Below are positions 9,669 to 20,591 of a stretch of 64,000 nucleotides of DNA, piece after piece. Numbering within the stretch: the first letter of the stretch is position 1; each line of letters starts with the position of its first letter. A model generated the notes under the pieces. The model searched no databases. It saw only the letters and a program-made list of their open reading frames with translations, and had not been told where the DNA came from. The DNA is from an uncultured Gemmatimonadales bacterium (GTDB lineage: Bacteria; Gemmatimonadota; Gemmatimonadetes; Gemmatimonadales; GWC2-71-9): positions 480,001 to 544,000 of the forward strand of contig CAWGED010000019.1 in assembly GCA_963821525.1 (NCBI GenBank), written 5' to 3'. The position numbers and the translations under genes were made by a program.

Positions 9669-10760
9669 CTAACCCGCGCCCGCAGGGAGCGCCTCCTCCT
9701 CGGCTAGTTCATCGGCGCCCTTCAGACGATGCCGGACCCAGCTGGAGAAGACAACGAAACCGAACGCGAGCGTGTAATAACTGAGGGTCGAGCGCCAGAT
9801 CAGGGTGTACAGTGGGGTGAGTTCCTTGGGCAGATAGACCGAAGCCATCACCGCAGTCGATAGAATCTCGGCGATACCGGAGGCGCCCGGCGTGGGCGCG
9901 AAATAGAGCAGAAAGGTGATGAACGTCTGCACCAGCAGCACATCCACGAAGTTCGCGTGCACGCCCACCGCGCGAAGCGCCACGTAACCGGCCAGCAGCT
10001 TGTTGGCGTGCGAAGGAGCGGACAGGAGCACCGCCCAGAACAGCGAGAGCCATCCGCTGGGGCTGTTGAATGCGAGGACGCTCCGGTGGGCGTCGTCGAT
10101 GCCCTGCTGCAGCGCCTCGAGCCGGTGGGCGAAGCGCTCGCTCTTCCGGCTGATCTTCACCGAGACCCAATGGAGGAAATCCCTGACGTAACGCGGAAAG
10201 ATGATCGCGGCCACCAACACACACCCGATGGTCACGAACATCCCCAGGCTGCCGAGGAACATCTGGTAGAGCGAGAGGCCCAGGACGTTGCCGTGCTGCC
10301 CCAGCGATCTGCCGGCACCGGCCACGATCGCGAGGGGTCCGGCAATCGCGAAGAAGAGCACCGTCGCGATGAACGTCATGAGCGTCGAGGTGACGGCCAC
10401 CGGCAGCGGCACTCCGGCCCGACGCATGGCGTACATCGTCATCGGCCCGGCGCCGGAATTGAACGGGGTCAGGTAGGCGGCCCAGGCTCCCATTCCGCCG
10501 GCGAGAATCATCCCGATGAGCGGGGGGTTGGGGTGCACATGACGGACCACGACCCAATTGCGAAGCCCGCCGCCAATCCAGTCCATCGACGCGAGACCCA
10601 CGCCTACCAGTATCCAGATCCAGTGCACTTCCCCCAGCGCGTGGACAAACGCCGGCAGGTTGTTGCCGTAGATCAGGACGGCGACAAAACCAAGCAGCGA
10701 TATGCCAACGAAAACGACGAAACCGCGAAGGAGGATCCGGGGCGATAGGACATTGGCCAT
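9669..10760 (-). CDS. Lysylphosphatidylglycerol synthase TM-domain / flippase-like membrane protein (UPF0104)
   Basis: Multi-TM; LTPFNSGAGP, PTPGASGIAE, LIWR motifs. Confidence 0.8.
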   Translation of the reverse strand: MANVLSPRILLRGFVVFVGISLLGFVAVLIYGNNLPAFVHALGEVHWIWILVGVGLASMDWIGGGLRNWVVVRHVHPNPPLIGMILAGGMGAWAAYLTPFNSGAGPMTMYAMRRAGVPLPVAVTSTLMTFIATVLFFAIAGPLAIVAGAGRSLGQHGNVLGLSLYQMFLGSLGMFVTIGCVLVAAIIFPRYVRDFLHWVSVKISRKSERFAHRLEALQQGIDDAHRSVLAFNSPSGWLSLFWAVLLSAPSHANKLLAGYVALRAVGVHANFVDVLLVQTFITFLLYFAPTPGASGIAEILSTAVMASVYLPKELTPLYTLIWRSTLSYYTLAFGFVVFSSWVRHRLKGADELAEEEALPAGAG

Positions 10761-10812
10761 GGACCCGGAAAGTTACCCCGGGGGGGCGGGAGAAGGGAGA
10801 CTACTATTAGGT

Positions 10813-13650
10813 ATGGCCGAACCCGTCATCCGCATCGTCAACGCCAGACAGCACAATCTCCGTGGCCTCACCGTGGATCTGCCACGGCGACGACTGATTG
10901 TGATTACCGGGCCGTCAGGCTCGGGCAAGAGTTCTCTCGCGTTCGACACGCTCTATGCCGAAGGGCAGCGCCGCTACATCGAATCGCTTTCGACCTACGC
11001 CAAGCAGTTCCTGGAGCGGATGCCCAAGCCGCAGGTGGACCGGCTGGAAGGGTTGGCACCGGCGGTCGCAATCGAGCAGCGCAATCCGACGGTTTCCAGT
11101 CGTTCGACGGTGGGCACCGCCACCGAGATCTACGATTACTTGCGCCTCCTCTGGGCCCGGGTGGGCCGCCAGCGCTGCCGGAAGTGCGGCGCCCCGGTCC
11201 GCCGCGACACGCCGCAGTCGGCGACCGAGGAGACACTGAACCAGATCAGCGGACCGGTACAGGTCGCATTTCCGCTCCCCGAATCGGCTCGTCACAGCCA
11301 CGCGGCCATCGTCGAGAACCTGCGCGCGCTGGGCTTCATCCGTCTCCTGGGGGACGGTGTTGAGTATCACCTCGACGCGCTGCCGCCGACTGTCGACCTG
11401 ACCCAATGCGCCGAGTTGCTGATCGTGGTGGATCGCCTGATGCTGCAGGGATCCGGAGGGGAGACTTCATCTCCGTCGAATGCCCGTCTCACCGGTGCCA
11501 TCGAAACCGCCTTCGGCGAGGGGGAAGGCATCGCACTGGTTCTCCATGGGGATGGGCGGCTCCGCTTCACCGAGCATCCGGCGTGCAGTCGCTGTGATAC
11601 GCCGGCCGCCACGGTTACCCCGGCTCTCTTCTCCTTCAACAACCCGCGGGGCGCGTGCGGTGGCTGCAACGGCTTCGGCGCGGTGCTGGAGTACGACGCG
11701 TCGCTGGTCGTCCCCGATACGTCGCTGAGCTTGAGCCAGGGGGCGATCAATCCGTGGACCAAGCCCCGCTACGAGACTCGACGCCGCCTCTTGCTCAACA
11801 CGGCCCGCTCGCTTGGTATCGACCCCGACAAACCGTGGCGCTCGCTCAAGCCGAACCAGAAGCGCGAGCTGCTCTATGGAAAGCACGGCCGCTACATCGG
11901 GATCTTTCCTTTCCTCAAGGGTCTGGAGCAGAAGCGCTATAAGCAGTACATCCGGGTCTTCCTCCGGCAGTATCAGCTCGCCCACACCTGCCCGGTCTGT
12001 CACGGCAGCCGGCTCAACGAACAGGCGCTCAGCGTCGAAATAGACGGTGCGGTGATCTCCAGTGTCAGCGCCAAGCCGGTGGACGAGCTTGCCACCTGGC
12101 TCGGAGCCCTGTCCCTCTCCGACTTCGAGCGGGAGATCGCCCACCTGATTCTGGACCAGCTGCAGCGACGGATCGGCTATCTACTAGACGTAGGACTCGG
12201 CTACCTGACCCTCGATCGGCTTACCCGAACGCTCTCGGGCGGGGAAGCCCAGCGGATCGCGCTCGCCAACGCGCTGGGCTCCAACCTGGTGGACGCGCTC
12301 TATGTCCTCGATGAACCCTCGATCGGCTTGCACCCGCGAGACATCGACCGGTTGCTCGGACTGCTGCAGCGGCTCCGGGACGCCGGCAACACCGTCATCG
12401 TGGTGGAACACGATCCGGCGGCGATTGCCCGGGCCGATTTCATGCTCGAGCTGGGGCCCGGCGCCGGCGAGAACGGTGGAAGGCTCGTGTATGCCGGACC
12501 ACCGGCAGGCGCCACCGAATCTCTCACCGGGCAGTATTTGTCAGGCCAAAAGCGGATCGGGATTCCCAGCGCGCGACGTCCCTTCGGCTCCTGGCTTCGG
12601 GTCCGAGGCGCCACCCTTCACAACTTGAAGGGCATTGACGTGGATATTCCGATTGGAACTCTCACCGCGGTGACCGGAGTCTCCGGCTCCGGCAAGAGTA
12701 CCCTGGTACATGACGTACTGTACCGGCAGTTGGAAGGACGGCTTCGCGGCGGCCATTCGGCCAAGGCACACCTCGGTGAGCCGGTCGGCAGCGTCGAATC
12801 GTTCATCGGGTGGGAACTGCTGGATGACGTGCTACTGATCGACCAGTCACCCATCGGCCGCACCCCGCGCTCCAACCCGGTCACCTACATCCGAGCGTTC
12901 GATGAGATCCGGGAGCTGTTCGCGGCCCAGCCCGAGTCCCGCATGCGTCGCTACACGCCGGCAACCTTCTCGTTCAACATGCCTGGTGGACGCTGCGAGG
13001 AATGTCAGGGTGCCGGTGCGGTGCAGGTGGAGATGGTCTTCCTGGCCGATGTCTTCATGCCCTGCGAAGTGTGCGGCGGGACCCGGTTCAAGCGAGAAGT
13101 GCTCGAGGTCAAGATCCGCGGACATTCCATCGCGGATGTGCTCGAATTCACGGTGGACGAGGCGATTCTGCGGTTTCGGCATCAGCCGAAGCTGGGACAA
13201 TCCCTCTGGCATCTGCAGCAGGTCGGCCTGGGCTACCTCCGCCTCGGCCAGCCGGCCACCACGCTTTCGGGCGGAGAAGCACAGCGACTCAAGATCGCGC
13301 GCGAGCTGGCCCAATCGGCCAAGCGCGGCGGTCGCAAACTCTACATCCTGGACGAGCCGACGACGGGATTACATCTCGACGATGTCCGGGTGCTCATTCA
13401 GGTACTCGACCGCCTGGTGGACGCCGGTCACACCGTCCTGGTCATCGAGCACCACCTCGACGTGATCAAACGGGCTGACTGGATTATCGATCTGGGACCA
13501 GAGGCGGGAGACCAAGGCGGGCTGGTGGTGGCGCAGGGAACTCCGGAATCAATCCTCGAGGTTGCGGCCTCCCACACAGCGCGATACCTGCGCGAGGTCT
13601 TACGACCCTCGCAGGCCGCAGAGGCGTTCAGGGCTGTAGCGGGAATCTAG
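10813..13650 (+). CDS. uvrA: Excinuclease ABC subunit A
   Basis: [32 protein letters not shown], two LSGGEAQR signatures, zinc fingers; start taken at ATG 10813. Confidence 0.95.
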   Translation: MAEPVIRIVNARQHNLRGLTVDLPRRRLIVITGPSGSGKSSLAFDTLYAEGQRRYIESLSTYAKQFLERMPKPQVDRLEGLAPAVAIEQRNPTVSSRSTVGTATEIYDYLRLLWARVGRQRCRKCGAPVRRDTPQSATEETLNQISGPVQVAFPLPESARHSHAAIVENLRALGFIRLLGDGVEYHLDALPPTVDLTQCAELLIVVDRLMLQGSGGETSSPSNARLTGAIETAFGEGEGIALVLHGDGRLRFTEHPACSRCDTPAATVTPALFSFNNPRGACGGCNGFGAVLEYDASLVVPDTSLSLSQGAINPWTKPRYETRRRLLLNTARSLGIDPDKPWRSLKPNQKRELLYGKHGRYIGIFPFLKGLEQKRYKQYIRVFLRQYQLAHTCPVCHGSRLNEQALSVEIDGAVISSVSAKPVDELATWLGALSLSDFEREIAHLILDQLQRRIGYLLDVGLGYLTLDRLTRTLSGGEAQRIALANALGSNLVDALYVLDEPSIGLHPRDIDRLLGLLQRLRDAGNTVIVVEHDPAAIARADFMLELGPGAGENGGRLVYAGPPAGATESLTGQYLSGQKRIGIPSARRPFGSWLRVRGATLHNLKGIDVDIPIGTLTAVTGVSGSGKSTLVHDVLYRQLEGRLRGGHSAKAHLGEPVGSVESFIGWELLDDVLLIDQSPIGRTPRSNPVTYIRAFDEIRELFAAQPESRMRRYTPATFSFNMPGGRCEECQGAGAVQVEMVFLADVFMPCEVCGGTRFKREVLEVKIRGHSIADVLEFTVDEAILRFRHQPKLGQSLWHLQQVGLGYLRLGQPATTLSGGEAQRLKIARELAQSAKRGGRKLYILDEPTTGLHLDDVRVLIQVLDRLVDAGHTVLVIEHHLDVIKRADWIIDLGPEAGDQGGLVVAQGTPESILEVAASHTARYLREVLRPSQAAEAFRAVAGI

Positions 13651-13652
13651 GG

Positions 13653-13784
13653 GATTGAAGATTGAAGATTTCAGATTGAAGATTTGATTGAAGATTTCAG
13701 ATTTCAGATTGAAGATTGATCTGGTCAATCTGATCTAAATCTGAAATCTTGACAATCTTCAATCTGAAATCTGCAATCTTCAAT
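13653..13784. repeat. Heptamer tandem-repeat hairpin (GATTGAA/GATTTCA units) between convergent uvrA and DAHP synthase
   Basis: AT-rich run of gattgaa/gatttca units followed by reverse-complement ttcaatc/tgaaatc units. Confidence 0.85.
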
Positions 13785-14884
13785 TGCCGCACCTTCCTCC
13801 GCCGCTGTCCTTGCCACCGCAGCGTCGCGTAGCTCTCGCGCAGCGCAGACTCGGTGGTGGGCCAATCGATGCACGCGTCGGTGATGGAGACACCGTAGCG
13901 CAGTCCCTCCTTGCCGTGCCCCAGCCGCTGGTTTCCTGCGTGGAGATGGCTCTCCAGCATCGCGCCCATGATGTTGCGGCTCCCGCCGGCTACCTGTTCC
14001 ACCACATTGCGAAGTACCGCGGGCTGACGGGTGTGATCCTTATTGGAGTTCCCGTGGCTGCAGTCCACCATCACCCGCGACGGCAAGCCTTGCTCGGCGC
14101 AGAGTGCCGCGGCCTGGATGACCGACGCCGCGTCGTAGTTGCTGTGCCCTCCCCCGCCCCGCAGCACGAGGTGGCGATCGAGATTACCCGTGGTATGGAC
14201 GATGGCAGATCGCCCATCGTCGTCCATGCCGAGGAAGGCGTGAGGCGTCGCGGCGGCGTGCATGCCGTCGAGCGCGGGTTGCAGGCTCCCGTCGGTCGCG
14301 TTCTTGAAGCCCACCGGCATCGAGAGGCCGCTCGCCATCTCACGATGAGTCTGCGACTGGACAGTGCGGGCACCGATGGCGGTCCAGGAGACCAGGTCGG
14401 CCATATACTGGGGCACGACTGGACCAAGCATCTCGGTAGCCACGGGCAGGCCGAGCTGGTTGACCTCGAGAAGCAGCTTCCTCGCGAGGCGGAGTCCGGT
14501 CTCCATGTCTCGCGTCCCGTCGAGGTGCGGGTCGTTGATCAGCCCCTTCCAGCCAACCGTAGTCCGAGGCTTCTCGAAATAGACTCGCATCAGGATCACC
14601 AGCGAGTCGCTCAACTCCTCACGTAGCGGAGCCAGGAGGCGGGCGTAATCGAGCGCGGCATCGATGTCGTGGATCGAGCAGGGCCCCACCACCATCAGGA
14701 GGCGAGGATCCTCTCCGGCCAGCACCGCTTGTACCTCGTGGCGGCTCCGGAGGACTACCTCGGCGACGCCGCGGGGCATCGGCAGTTCCTCGCGAATCGT
14801 CCGCGGAGATACCAGCGGATCGAGTCGCTCGATCCGGAGGTTGCTGGTCGGGGGAGTTAACGAACGGTCCTGAGCCATCGACAT
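13697..14884 (-). CDS. aroG: Class I-alpha DAHP synthase (AroF/G/H family)
   Basis: VGPCSIHD, MRVYFEKPRTTVGWKGLINDP, IGART, DCSHGNS, YGVSITDACI; true 3' end uncertain because it runs into the repeat. Confidence 0.9.
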   Translation of the reverse strand: MSMAQDRSLTPPTSNLRIERLDPLVSPRTIREELPMPRGVAEVVLRSRHEVQAVLAGEDPRLLMVVGPCSIHDIDAALDYARLLAPLREELSDSLVILMRVYFEKPRTTVGWKGLINDPHLDGTRDMETGLRLARKLLLEVNQLGLPVATEMLGPVVPQYMADLVSWTAIGARTVQSQTHREMASGLSMPVGFKNATDGSLQPALDGMHAAATPHAFLGMDDDGRSAIVHTTGNLDRHLVLRGGGGHSNYDAASVIQAAALCAEQGLPSRVMVDCSHGNSNKDHTRQPAVLRNVVEQVAGGSRNIMGAMLESHLHAGNQRLGHGKEGLRYGVSITDACIDWPTTESALRESYATLRWQGQRRRKVRQLKIADFRLKIVKISDLDQIDQINLQSEI

Positions 14885-15013
14885 TCCTGAAGAGGACGTG
14901 ATCGTGTAGTATGCCCGGAGATCCGGGGTGACGCTAGGCTGCTGCCATGAAACGTCGCCCTTACGTCTGGTCGCCTATCATCTTGCACCGCATCAGTTTG
15001 CTTCACGTAAACC

Positions 15014-15922
15014 ATGCCCGAACTCCCCGATATCCTGCTTTACCAGCACAGCCTCGAGCAGCGGGTTCGGGGGCAAACGATCGAGCGCATTCGGCTGGCG
15101 TCTCCCTTCCTGCTCCGCAGCGTCGAACCGCCGATCAAGGAAGCCGAGGGCCGGAGAGTCCTCGGGATCGAGCGAGTCGGGAAGCGGCTAGTGTTTGCTC
15201 TGGAGGACGATTGGTTCCTGGTGCTGCACCTGATGATCGCGGGTCGCCTCAAGTGGCTCGACACTGGCGCGAAGCTGCCCGGACGAATCGGCCTGGCGGC
15301 GTTCGATTTCCCAACGGGAACCCTCGCACTCACCGAAGCAGGAAGTAAGCGACGGGCCTCCCTCCATGTGGTGATAGGCCGCGAGGCTCTCAAGGACTTC
15401 GGTCGCGGAGGGCTGGATGTGCTCTCGGCATCGCCCGCCGAATTTGCCGAGCGGCTCAGAAGACAAAGTCACACCCTCAAGCGAGCCCTGACCGATCCCA
15501 CAATCTTCGACGGAATCGGAAACGCCTATTCCGATGAGATCCTGCACCGGGCTCGGCTCTCTCCCTTTGTGCTGACCGGCCGGATCGAAGAAGACGAGAT
15601 TGGCCGGCTCTACCAAGCCAGTCGCGACACGCTGACCGAATGGATCAAGAGGTTGCAGCAGGAGGCGGGGGACCGGTGGCCGGAGAAGGTGACCGCCTTT
15701 CGAGAAGGCATGGCGGTCCACGGGCGCTATGGTAAGCCCTGCCCCGACTGCGGGACCCTGGTCCAGCGGATCAGGTACGCCGACAATGAGACCAACTATT
15801 GCCCGACGTGCCAGACAGAGGGACGGCTGCTGGCCGACCGGGCGTTGAGTCGCTTGTTAAAGGAGGACTGGCCGCGCTCGCTGGAGGAGCTGGACGAGCA
15901 CATCAAGGAGAGGCACTTCTAG
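15014..15922 (+). CDS. Fpg/Nei-family DNA glycosylase
   Basis: N-terminal PELPD, R.GK, HLMIAG, H2[14 protein letters not shown]-terminal CPDC...CPTC zinc finger. Confidence 0.9.
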   Translation: MPELPDILLYQHSLEQRVRGQTIERIRLASPFLLRSVEPPIKEAEGRRVLGIERVGKRLVFALEDDWFLVLHLMIAGRLKWLDTGAKLPGRIGLAAFDFPTGTLALTEAGSKRRASLHVVIGREALKDFGRGGLDVLSASPAEFAERLRRQSHTLKRALTDPTIFDGIGNAYSDEILHRARLSPFVLTGRIEEDEIGRLYQASRDTLTEWIKRLQQEAGDRWPEKVTAFREGMAVHGRYGKPCPDCGTLVQRIRYADNETNYCPTCQTEGRLLADRALSRLLKEDWPRSLEELDEHIKERHF

Positions 15923-15995
15923 CTCCCGAGGCAGGACTCGAACCTGCGACCCGCTGATTAACAGTCAGCTGCTCTACCAACTGAGCTACTCGGGA
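15923..15995 (-). tRNA. tRNA-Asn (GTT)
   Basis: Reverse complement TCCCGAGTAGCTCAGTTGGTAGAGCAGCTGACTGTTAATCAGCGGGTCGCAGGTTCGAGTCCTGCCTCGGGAG folds as a cloverleaf; CCA not encoded. Confidence 0.97.
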
Positions 15996-16095
15996 AGGGC
16001 CAAGAGGATAAAACCCCCGACTTACCGGGGCAAGCTCCCGCAAAACGCTCTCCCCATTCCCCGCAACGGCTTTTGCGATAGTGCCTTAGTACTAC

Positions 16096-16146
16096 TGTGA
16101 GCATATACTCACACTTATTAGCTTGTGAGCAATCACTCACTCACAG
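16096..16146. promoter_or_regulatory. Tandem palindromic protein-binding sites GTGAG-N6-CTCAC
   Basis: tgtgagcatatactcaca (16096-16113) and tgtgagcaatcactcac (16124-16140), 28 bp apart, in an AT-richer intergenic region. Confidence 0.5.
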
Positions 16147-16282
16147 AAGTGTGGCGACCCCTCCGCAACACGTGGCCGATTTTCCCTCGTTTTCTAGCCT
16201 GCTTGCGAACGCTAAGTCATTGTAGAAAAACCTGTTACGGTTCGGGACTGCCTTTTTTCACCTTGGCTCTTACCTTGTTCCA

Positions 16283-17342
16283 ATGCCTTTGCACCCCCTC
16301 TGGGGCCATGAAGAGCAGAGGGCCAGAGTAGGCCGCGCAGCCGCAGCGGGTCGGCTGCCTCAGTTCCTTCTTCTGACGGGTCCCGCCGGCGTAGGGAAGC
16401 AGCGCTTTGGGCTGTGGGTCGCGCAACTGCTGCTTTGCGAGAAAAAAAGAGTCGAGGAGCCCTGCGGTACCTGCAGGGGATGTCGCCAGGTTCTCGAGTT
16501 GAGTCATCCCGACCTGCACTGGATCATGCCGGTCAACCGGCCCAAGGCAGGCGAAGCCGGGAAGCAGGTCGAGGAGCTGGAAGACGCGCTGAACGAGACC
16601 CTGGCAGCTCGGCGCGAGAACCCGTTGTACGCGCCGCCAGGTGGGATGGCCGGGCACTTCATTTCAACCGCCCGCCTTCTCCAGCGCCGGGCGGTGCTGA
16701 CACCGGCTCAGGCAAGCCGGAAGGTCTTTCTGATAGCCGAGGCGGATCGCCTGGTGCCGCAGGAGTCCAGCCCGGAAGCGGCCAATGCACTGCTGAAATT
16801 GCTCGAGGAGCCGCCGGCGGATACCCAGTTCGTACTGACGGTGACTGACGCGAACCAGCTCCTGCCCACCATTCGATCCCGGGCGGTCGAGTTGAAACTG
16901 AGCCGGCTGTCGCGGCAGCTGGTCGAGCAGTTCCTGGAAAAGTTTGGACCCAAGCTTTCTCCCGAGGCGTTTCGGATCAGGGCGCAGCGGTCGAACGGGG
17001 TGATCGGCCAGGCGCTGGGAGACGGAGATCAGATGGCGGCGGGCGCGCCGCAGCGCCGAGGAGATTCTCGAGGTGGTGAAGGGCGGCGTCGGACAACGAG
17101 CGGAGCGCGCGTTGAAACAGGGGGCCTGGGCGGCCCGGGGCGATTTCTCCGCGACCCTCGAGGCGCTGGCGGAGGTGCTGGCGGACCGGGCTCGAAAGGC
17201 CGCGGCGGGTGGAACGAGAGAGTTAGCCGGATTGGTGCGAGCGCAGGAGCGAGTGCAGGCGGCACGCGAAGCCGCTCAGGGCAACGTCAACCCGCAGCTC
17301 GTGCTGGCCGCACTGCAGAATGAATTGGCGGAGGCGCTCTGA
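16283..17342 (+). CDS. holB: DNA polymerase III delta' subunit, apparent frameshift near 17050
   Basis: [45 protein letters not shown]-terminus (GNVNPQLVL) is in ORF 17073-17342. Confidence 0.88.
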
Positions 17343-17815
17343 TGCTGAGTCACGTGGATGAGCGCGGACGGGCGAGAATGGTTGACGTGGCCGGGAAGCC
17401 GGAGACGGCCCGGAGCGCCACGGCGGAAGGGTCCGTCAGGATGTCGCGTGAAGCCTTCGAGATGGTACGGGACCAGGCAGTGGCAAAAGGCGACGTGCTG
17501 GGGATCGCGGAGGTGGCGGGGGTAATGGCGGCAAAGCGGACCGGTGAGCTGATCCCGCTCTGTCATCCGCTCCCCCTCGACGTCGTAACCGTAGAAGCGG
17601 TACCGGACGAGGGACTACCGGGTATAAGGATCTCGGCGACGGCTCGGGCGACAGGCCGGACCGGAGTCGAAATGGAGGCGTTGACCGCCGTCTCGGTCGC
17701 CTGCCTGACCGTTTATGACATGGTCAAGGCGGTAGACCGATCGATGGAGATCGGAGAGGTCCGCCTGCTGGAAAAGACCGGGGGAAGCCGGGGAGACTGG
17801 CGCCGGCCCGCTTGA
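17342..17815 (+). CDS. moaC: Cyclic pyranopterin monophosphate synthase
   Basis: [40 protein letters not shown]. Confidence 0.96.
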   Translation: MLSHVDERGRARMVDVAGKPETARSATAEGSVRMSREAFEMVRDQAVAKGDVLGIAEVAGVMAAKRTGELIPLCHPLPLDVVTVEAVPDEGLPGIRISATARATGRTGVEMEALTAVSVACLTVYDMVKAVDRSMEIGEVRLLEKTGGSRGDWRRPA

Positions 17816-17856
17816 ACGGGGCAGCACGCCGGATTCACCATAGGAGGAGAGGAAGC

Positions 17857-18546
17857 ATGTCAACTGACCAAGTCGAGCCGAACAGTCGATCACGCTGGAT
17901 CCGGGCCCTGCTGGTTCGGGCCGGAGCGCTGCTCGCCTGTGCGCTGCTGGTAAGCGGACTGGCCGGATCGACCGCGCGGGTGCGGGCATCCGATGAAGCG
18001 GTTCTGCCCAGCCCAAAGGAAGTGGGGGATGAGTTCCGTACCATGTCGCACCGGCTGGAAGCGGCCGAGGGCGAGTTGGCACTGGCCCGGGTCCAGATCG
18101 AGCGGGCGAACGCGGTGTTCAAGTATTCCAGCCACTATCAGATTCCGGCCGATCTGACCGCGTCGATCTATGACATCGCGCTCAGCGAAGGAATCGAGCC
18201 CGAAGTCGGTTTCCGCCTGGTTCAGATCGAAAGCAACTTCAAGCTCAAGGCATTGAGCTATGCAGGTGCTGTCGGCTATACCCAGATCCAGCCGGCCACG
18301 GCGAAGTTCTATGAGCCGGGCTTGACCGAAGAGCAACTCTACAGCTCCGACGTGAACTTGCGCCTCGGCTTCCGGTTCCTGAAGGACTTGCTCAACAAGT
18401 ACGACCAGGATTGGGAATTGGCATTGCTGGCCTACAATCGCGGACCGGCCCGGGTCGAGGCGATTCTCCAGCAGGGTGGAGATCCGCACAACGGCTATTC
18501 CGACGCGGTGCTGCGCGGGACCTCCCGTGAAGTGAAGCAGCAGTAA
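17857..18546 (+). CDS. Lytic transglycosylase (SLT domain) protein
   Basis: IESNF, AVGYTQIQP, LALLAYNRGP; N-terminal TM/signal; purine-rich RBS before ATG 17857. Confidence 0.85.
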   Translation: MSTDQVEPNSRSRWIRALLVRAGALLACALLVSGLAGSTARVRASDEAVLPSPKEVGDEFRTMSHRLEAAEGELALARVQIERANAVFKYSSHYQIPADLTASIYDIALSEGIEPEVGFRLVQIESNFKLKALSYAGAVGYTQIQPATAKFYEPGLTEEQLYSSDVNLRLGFRFLKDLLNKYDQDWELALLAYNRGPARVEAILQQGGDPHNGYSDAVLRGTSREVKQQ

Positions 18547-18564
18547 GTCGAGCAGGACGAAATC

Positions 18565-18594
18565 GAACGGGGGCGCCAGATGGCGCCCCCGTTC
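18565..18594. terminator. Probable bidirectional intrinsic terminator
   Basis: Perfect stem gaacgggggcgcca / tggcgcccccgttc between convergent genes. Confidence 0.7.
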
Positions 18595-18615
18595 TGTTTC
18601 CTGGAATCCGTCGGC

Positions 18616-20364
18616 TCAGTTCGGAATGTTGAGCTTCTCGCCGGCCTTCAGCACCGAGCCACTGTCGATTCCATTCGCATTACGCAGCGCGGTCATTGTG
18701 ACGCCGTAGTGCTGAGCGATGCCCGAGAGGGTTTCCCCCCGGCGCACAACGTGGGTGCGTGAGCCGGAACCGGAAGAGGCAGTCGAGCTGGCCTTGGCAG
18801 GAGCCGCGTTGCCCGGACCCTTCACCCGGATCCGCTGACCCGCCTTGAGTCCGGCGGTGCTGGACAGGCCATTCCAATCCCGCAGCTGCGCCACGGAGAC
18901 GTTGAACTTCTGTCCGATGGTCCAGAGCGACTCGCCGGAGCGGACAGTATACATCCCGCTGGAGGAGACCGTCGTGGCCGAGGACGAGCGGGTGGTTTCG
19001 GTGCTGGGCAGCCTGGCCCCGCTGGTCGGGACGACGATGCGGGTCCCGGCCCGAAGTGATTTGGCCTTCACGCCCGGATTGGCAGCCGTGATTGTCGCGG
19101 TGGAAACCCCGTAGATCTTGGCGATGCCACCGAGAGTCTGCCCTCTGGTCACCACGTGCTCGACGAAGGTAATCCGATCCTTCGCCGGCATTGCCGCGTA
19201 GAGGACGCTCACCGTGTCTCCCTTGCCGAGCGGCAGGCGGACGACCGACGTCGAACGGGGCGGAGTCACGCCGCGTAGGTATTGGGGATTCAGCTCCCGA
19301 ATCGCCGCGGTGGTGGTATCGGCCAACCGGGCGATGACGTCGAGGCCGGTGGCATCAGGGACGATGACGGAGTCCAGCTGGAGCGCGTCGATCCCTTCGA
19401 GCCTGGGGAAGCCGTATTTCTCCGGCTGCTTGGCGATGAGCGCCGCAGCGATCAGCTTCGGAACGTAGTCCTTGGTTTCCCGTCTCAGGAAGCGCGTGTC
19501 GTAGAGGCGGAAGAAATCGGCGTCCGGATTATCCTCTTCCTCTTCGTCGTCACCCAGGCGCTTGAGCCCGCGACCAACCTTGCCGGCTCCGGCGTTGTAG
19601 GCCGCGGCGGCGAGATACATCGAGCCGAATCGATCGCGCAGATCCGCGAGGTGGCGGGCGGCGGCGTCGGTCGAGCGGAAGGGATCCCGCCGTTCGTCCA
19701 CCCAGGAATCGATCCGCAAGCCGTACAGCTTTCCGGTGCCCTTCATGAACTGCCACATCCCGGTCGCCCGGGAGCGGCTTACCGCGGAGTTGGAGAACCC
19801 GCTCTCGATGAGGGCGAGATAGACCATGTCTTCCGGAACGCCATGCTCCCGCAGCTTGTCCCGGATCATCATTTCATAACGGGGCATGCGGGTGAGCCAA
19901 ACCGCCATACGCTCGCGCGCGGTGCCCTGGAAGAAATCGAGGTAGTACTGGACCCGGGTGTGTGAGTTGTAGGTCTCGACGTCGATGTCCCAGGTGACCG
20001 CATTCTCCAGCTCGTTGGCACCACCGTGGCTTCCGGCCTCACCGGTAGCGCCGACGCTCGAGTCGCCAGTGTCGGGAGAAGCCGCGGCCAGTGCCTCCAG
20101 CATGTTCACGTCGGCCGCGGAATCGGCGGACAGGCGTTCCACGACTGAATCGGGCAAGGACGCCGCGGCGGCGGAGTCCGCGAGATGAGGCGGGATCGTG
20201 GTCGTGTCGCGGTTCGCCGAAGCAGTATCCTTCGCGACGGCAACCGGCGCCGAAGGCGCTGGGTGACGCGAAGTCTGCTTCGGCGTGACCGGCGCGGGCG
20301 ACTTGCCACCCGAGCAGGCGAACAGACACACAGCGGTGCAAACCAGGCCGAGTCTTATGCTCAC
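18616..20364 (-). CDS. mltD: MltD-like lytic transglycosylase lipoprotein with three LysM domains
   Basis: Lipobox LFAC; IESGF, GMWQFM, AAYNAG, ETKDYVPK; three LysM repeats. Confidence 0.88.
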   Translation of the reverse strand: MSIRLGLVCTAVCLFACSGGKSPAPVTPKQTSRHPAPSAPVAVAKDTASANRDTTTIPPHLADSAAAASLPDSVVERLSADSAADVNMLEALAAASPDTGDSSVGATGEAGSHGGANELENAVTWDIDVETYNSHTRVQYYLDFFQGTARERMAVWLTRMPRYEMMIRDKLREHGVPEDMVYLALIESGFSNSAVSRSRATGMWQFMKGTGKLYGLRIDSWVDERRDPFRSTDAAARHLADLRDRFGSMYLAAAAYNAGAGKVGRGLKRLGDDEEEEDNPDADFFRLYDTRFLRRETKDYVPKLIAAALIAKQPEKYGFPRLEGIDALQLDSVIVPDATGLDVIARLADTTTAAIRELNPQYLRGVTPPRSTSVVRLPLGKGDTVSVLYAAMPAKDRITFVEHVVTRGQTLGGIAKIYGVSTATITAANPGVKAKSLRAGTRIVVPTSGARLPSTETTRSSSATTVSSSGMYTVRSGESLWTIGQKFNVSVAQLRDWNGLSSTAGLKAGQRIRVKGPGNAAPAKASSTASSGSGSRTHVVRRGETLSGIAQHYGVTMTALRNANGIDSGSVLKAGEKLNIPN

Positions 20365-20591
20365 TGTCCTGCCTTTCGATCTGACTGAAAATCACATGAA
20401 CTAATCGAGAGAATACGTCCCGGCAGCCACAGATGTTACTGGCTGGTTCCCAGCTTGAATGCCGCTTGGTGGGAATTCCCTCTGCAAATTTTCTGCGCGT
20501 CGGACTCTACTACAGCTCTTTTTCGGCGAATGTTCGGCACTCATTCGGCCCGTCGCGAAATGAGGCAGGGCCGTGCTTTTCTCTAGGCTGC

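Noticed and set aside
10702..10812. N-terminal extension of UvrA in the ORF track
   Set aside because: Overlaps the divergent gene's start; UvrA homology begins at ATG 10813
20365..20591. Riboswitch upstream of mltD
   Set aside because: The gap is long, but I could not recognise a c-di-GMP or other riboswitch consensus; an Rfam scan would be needed
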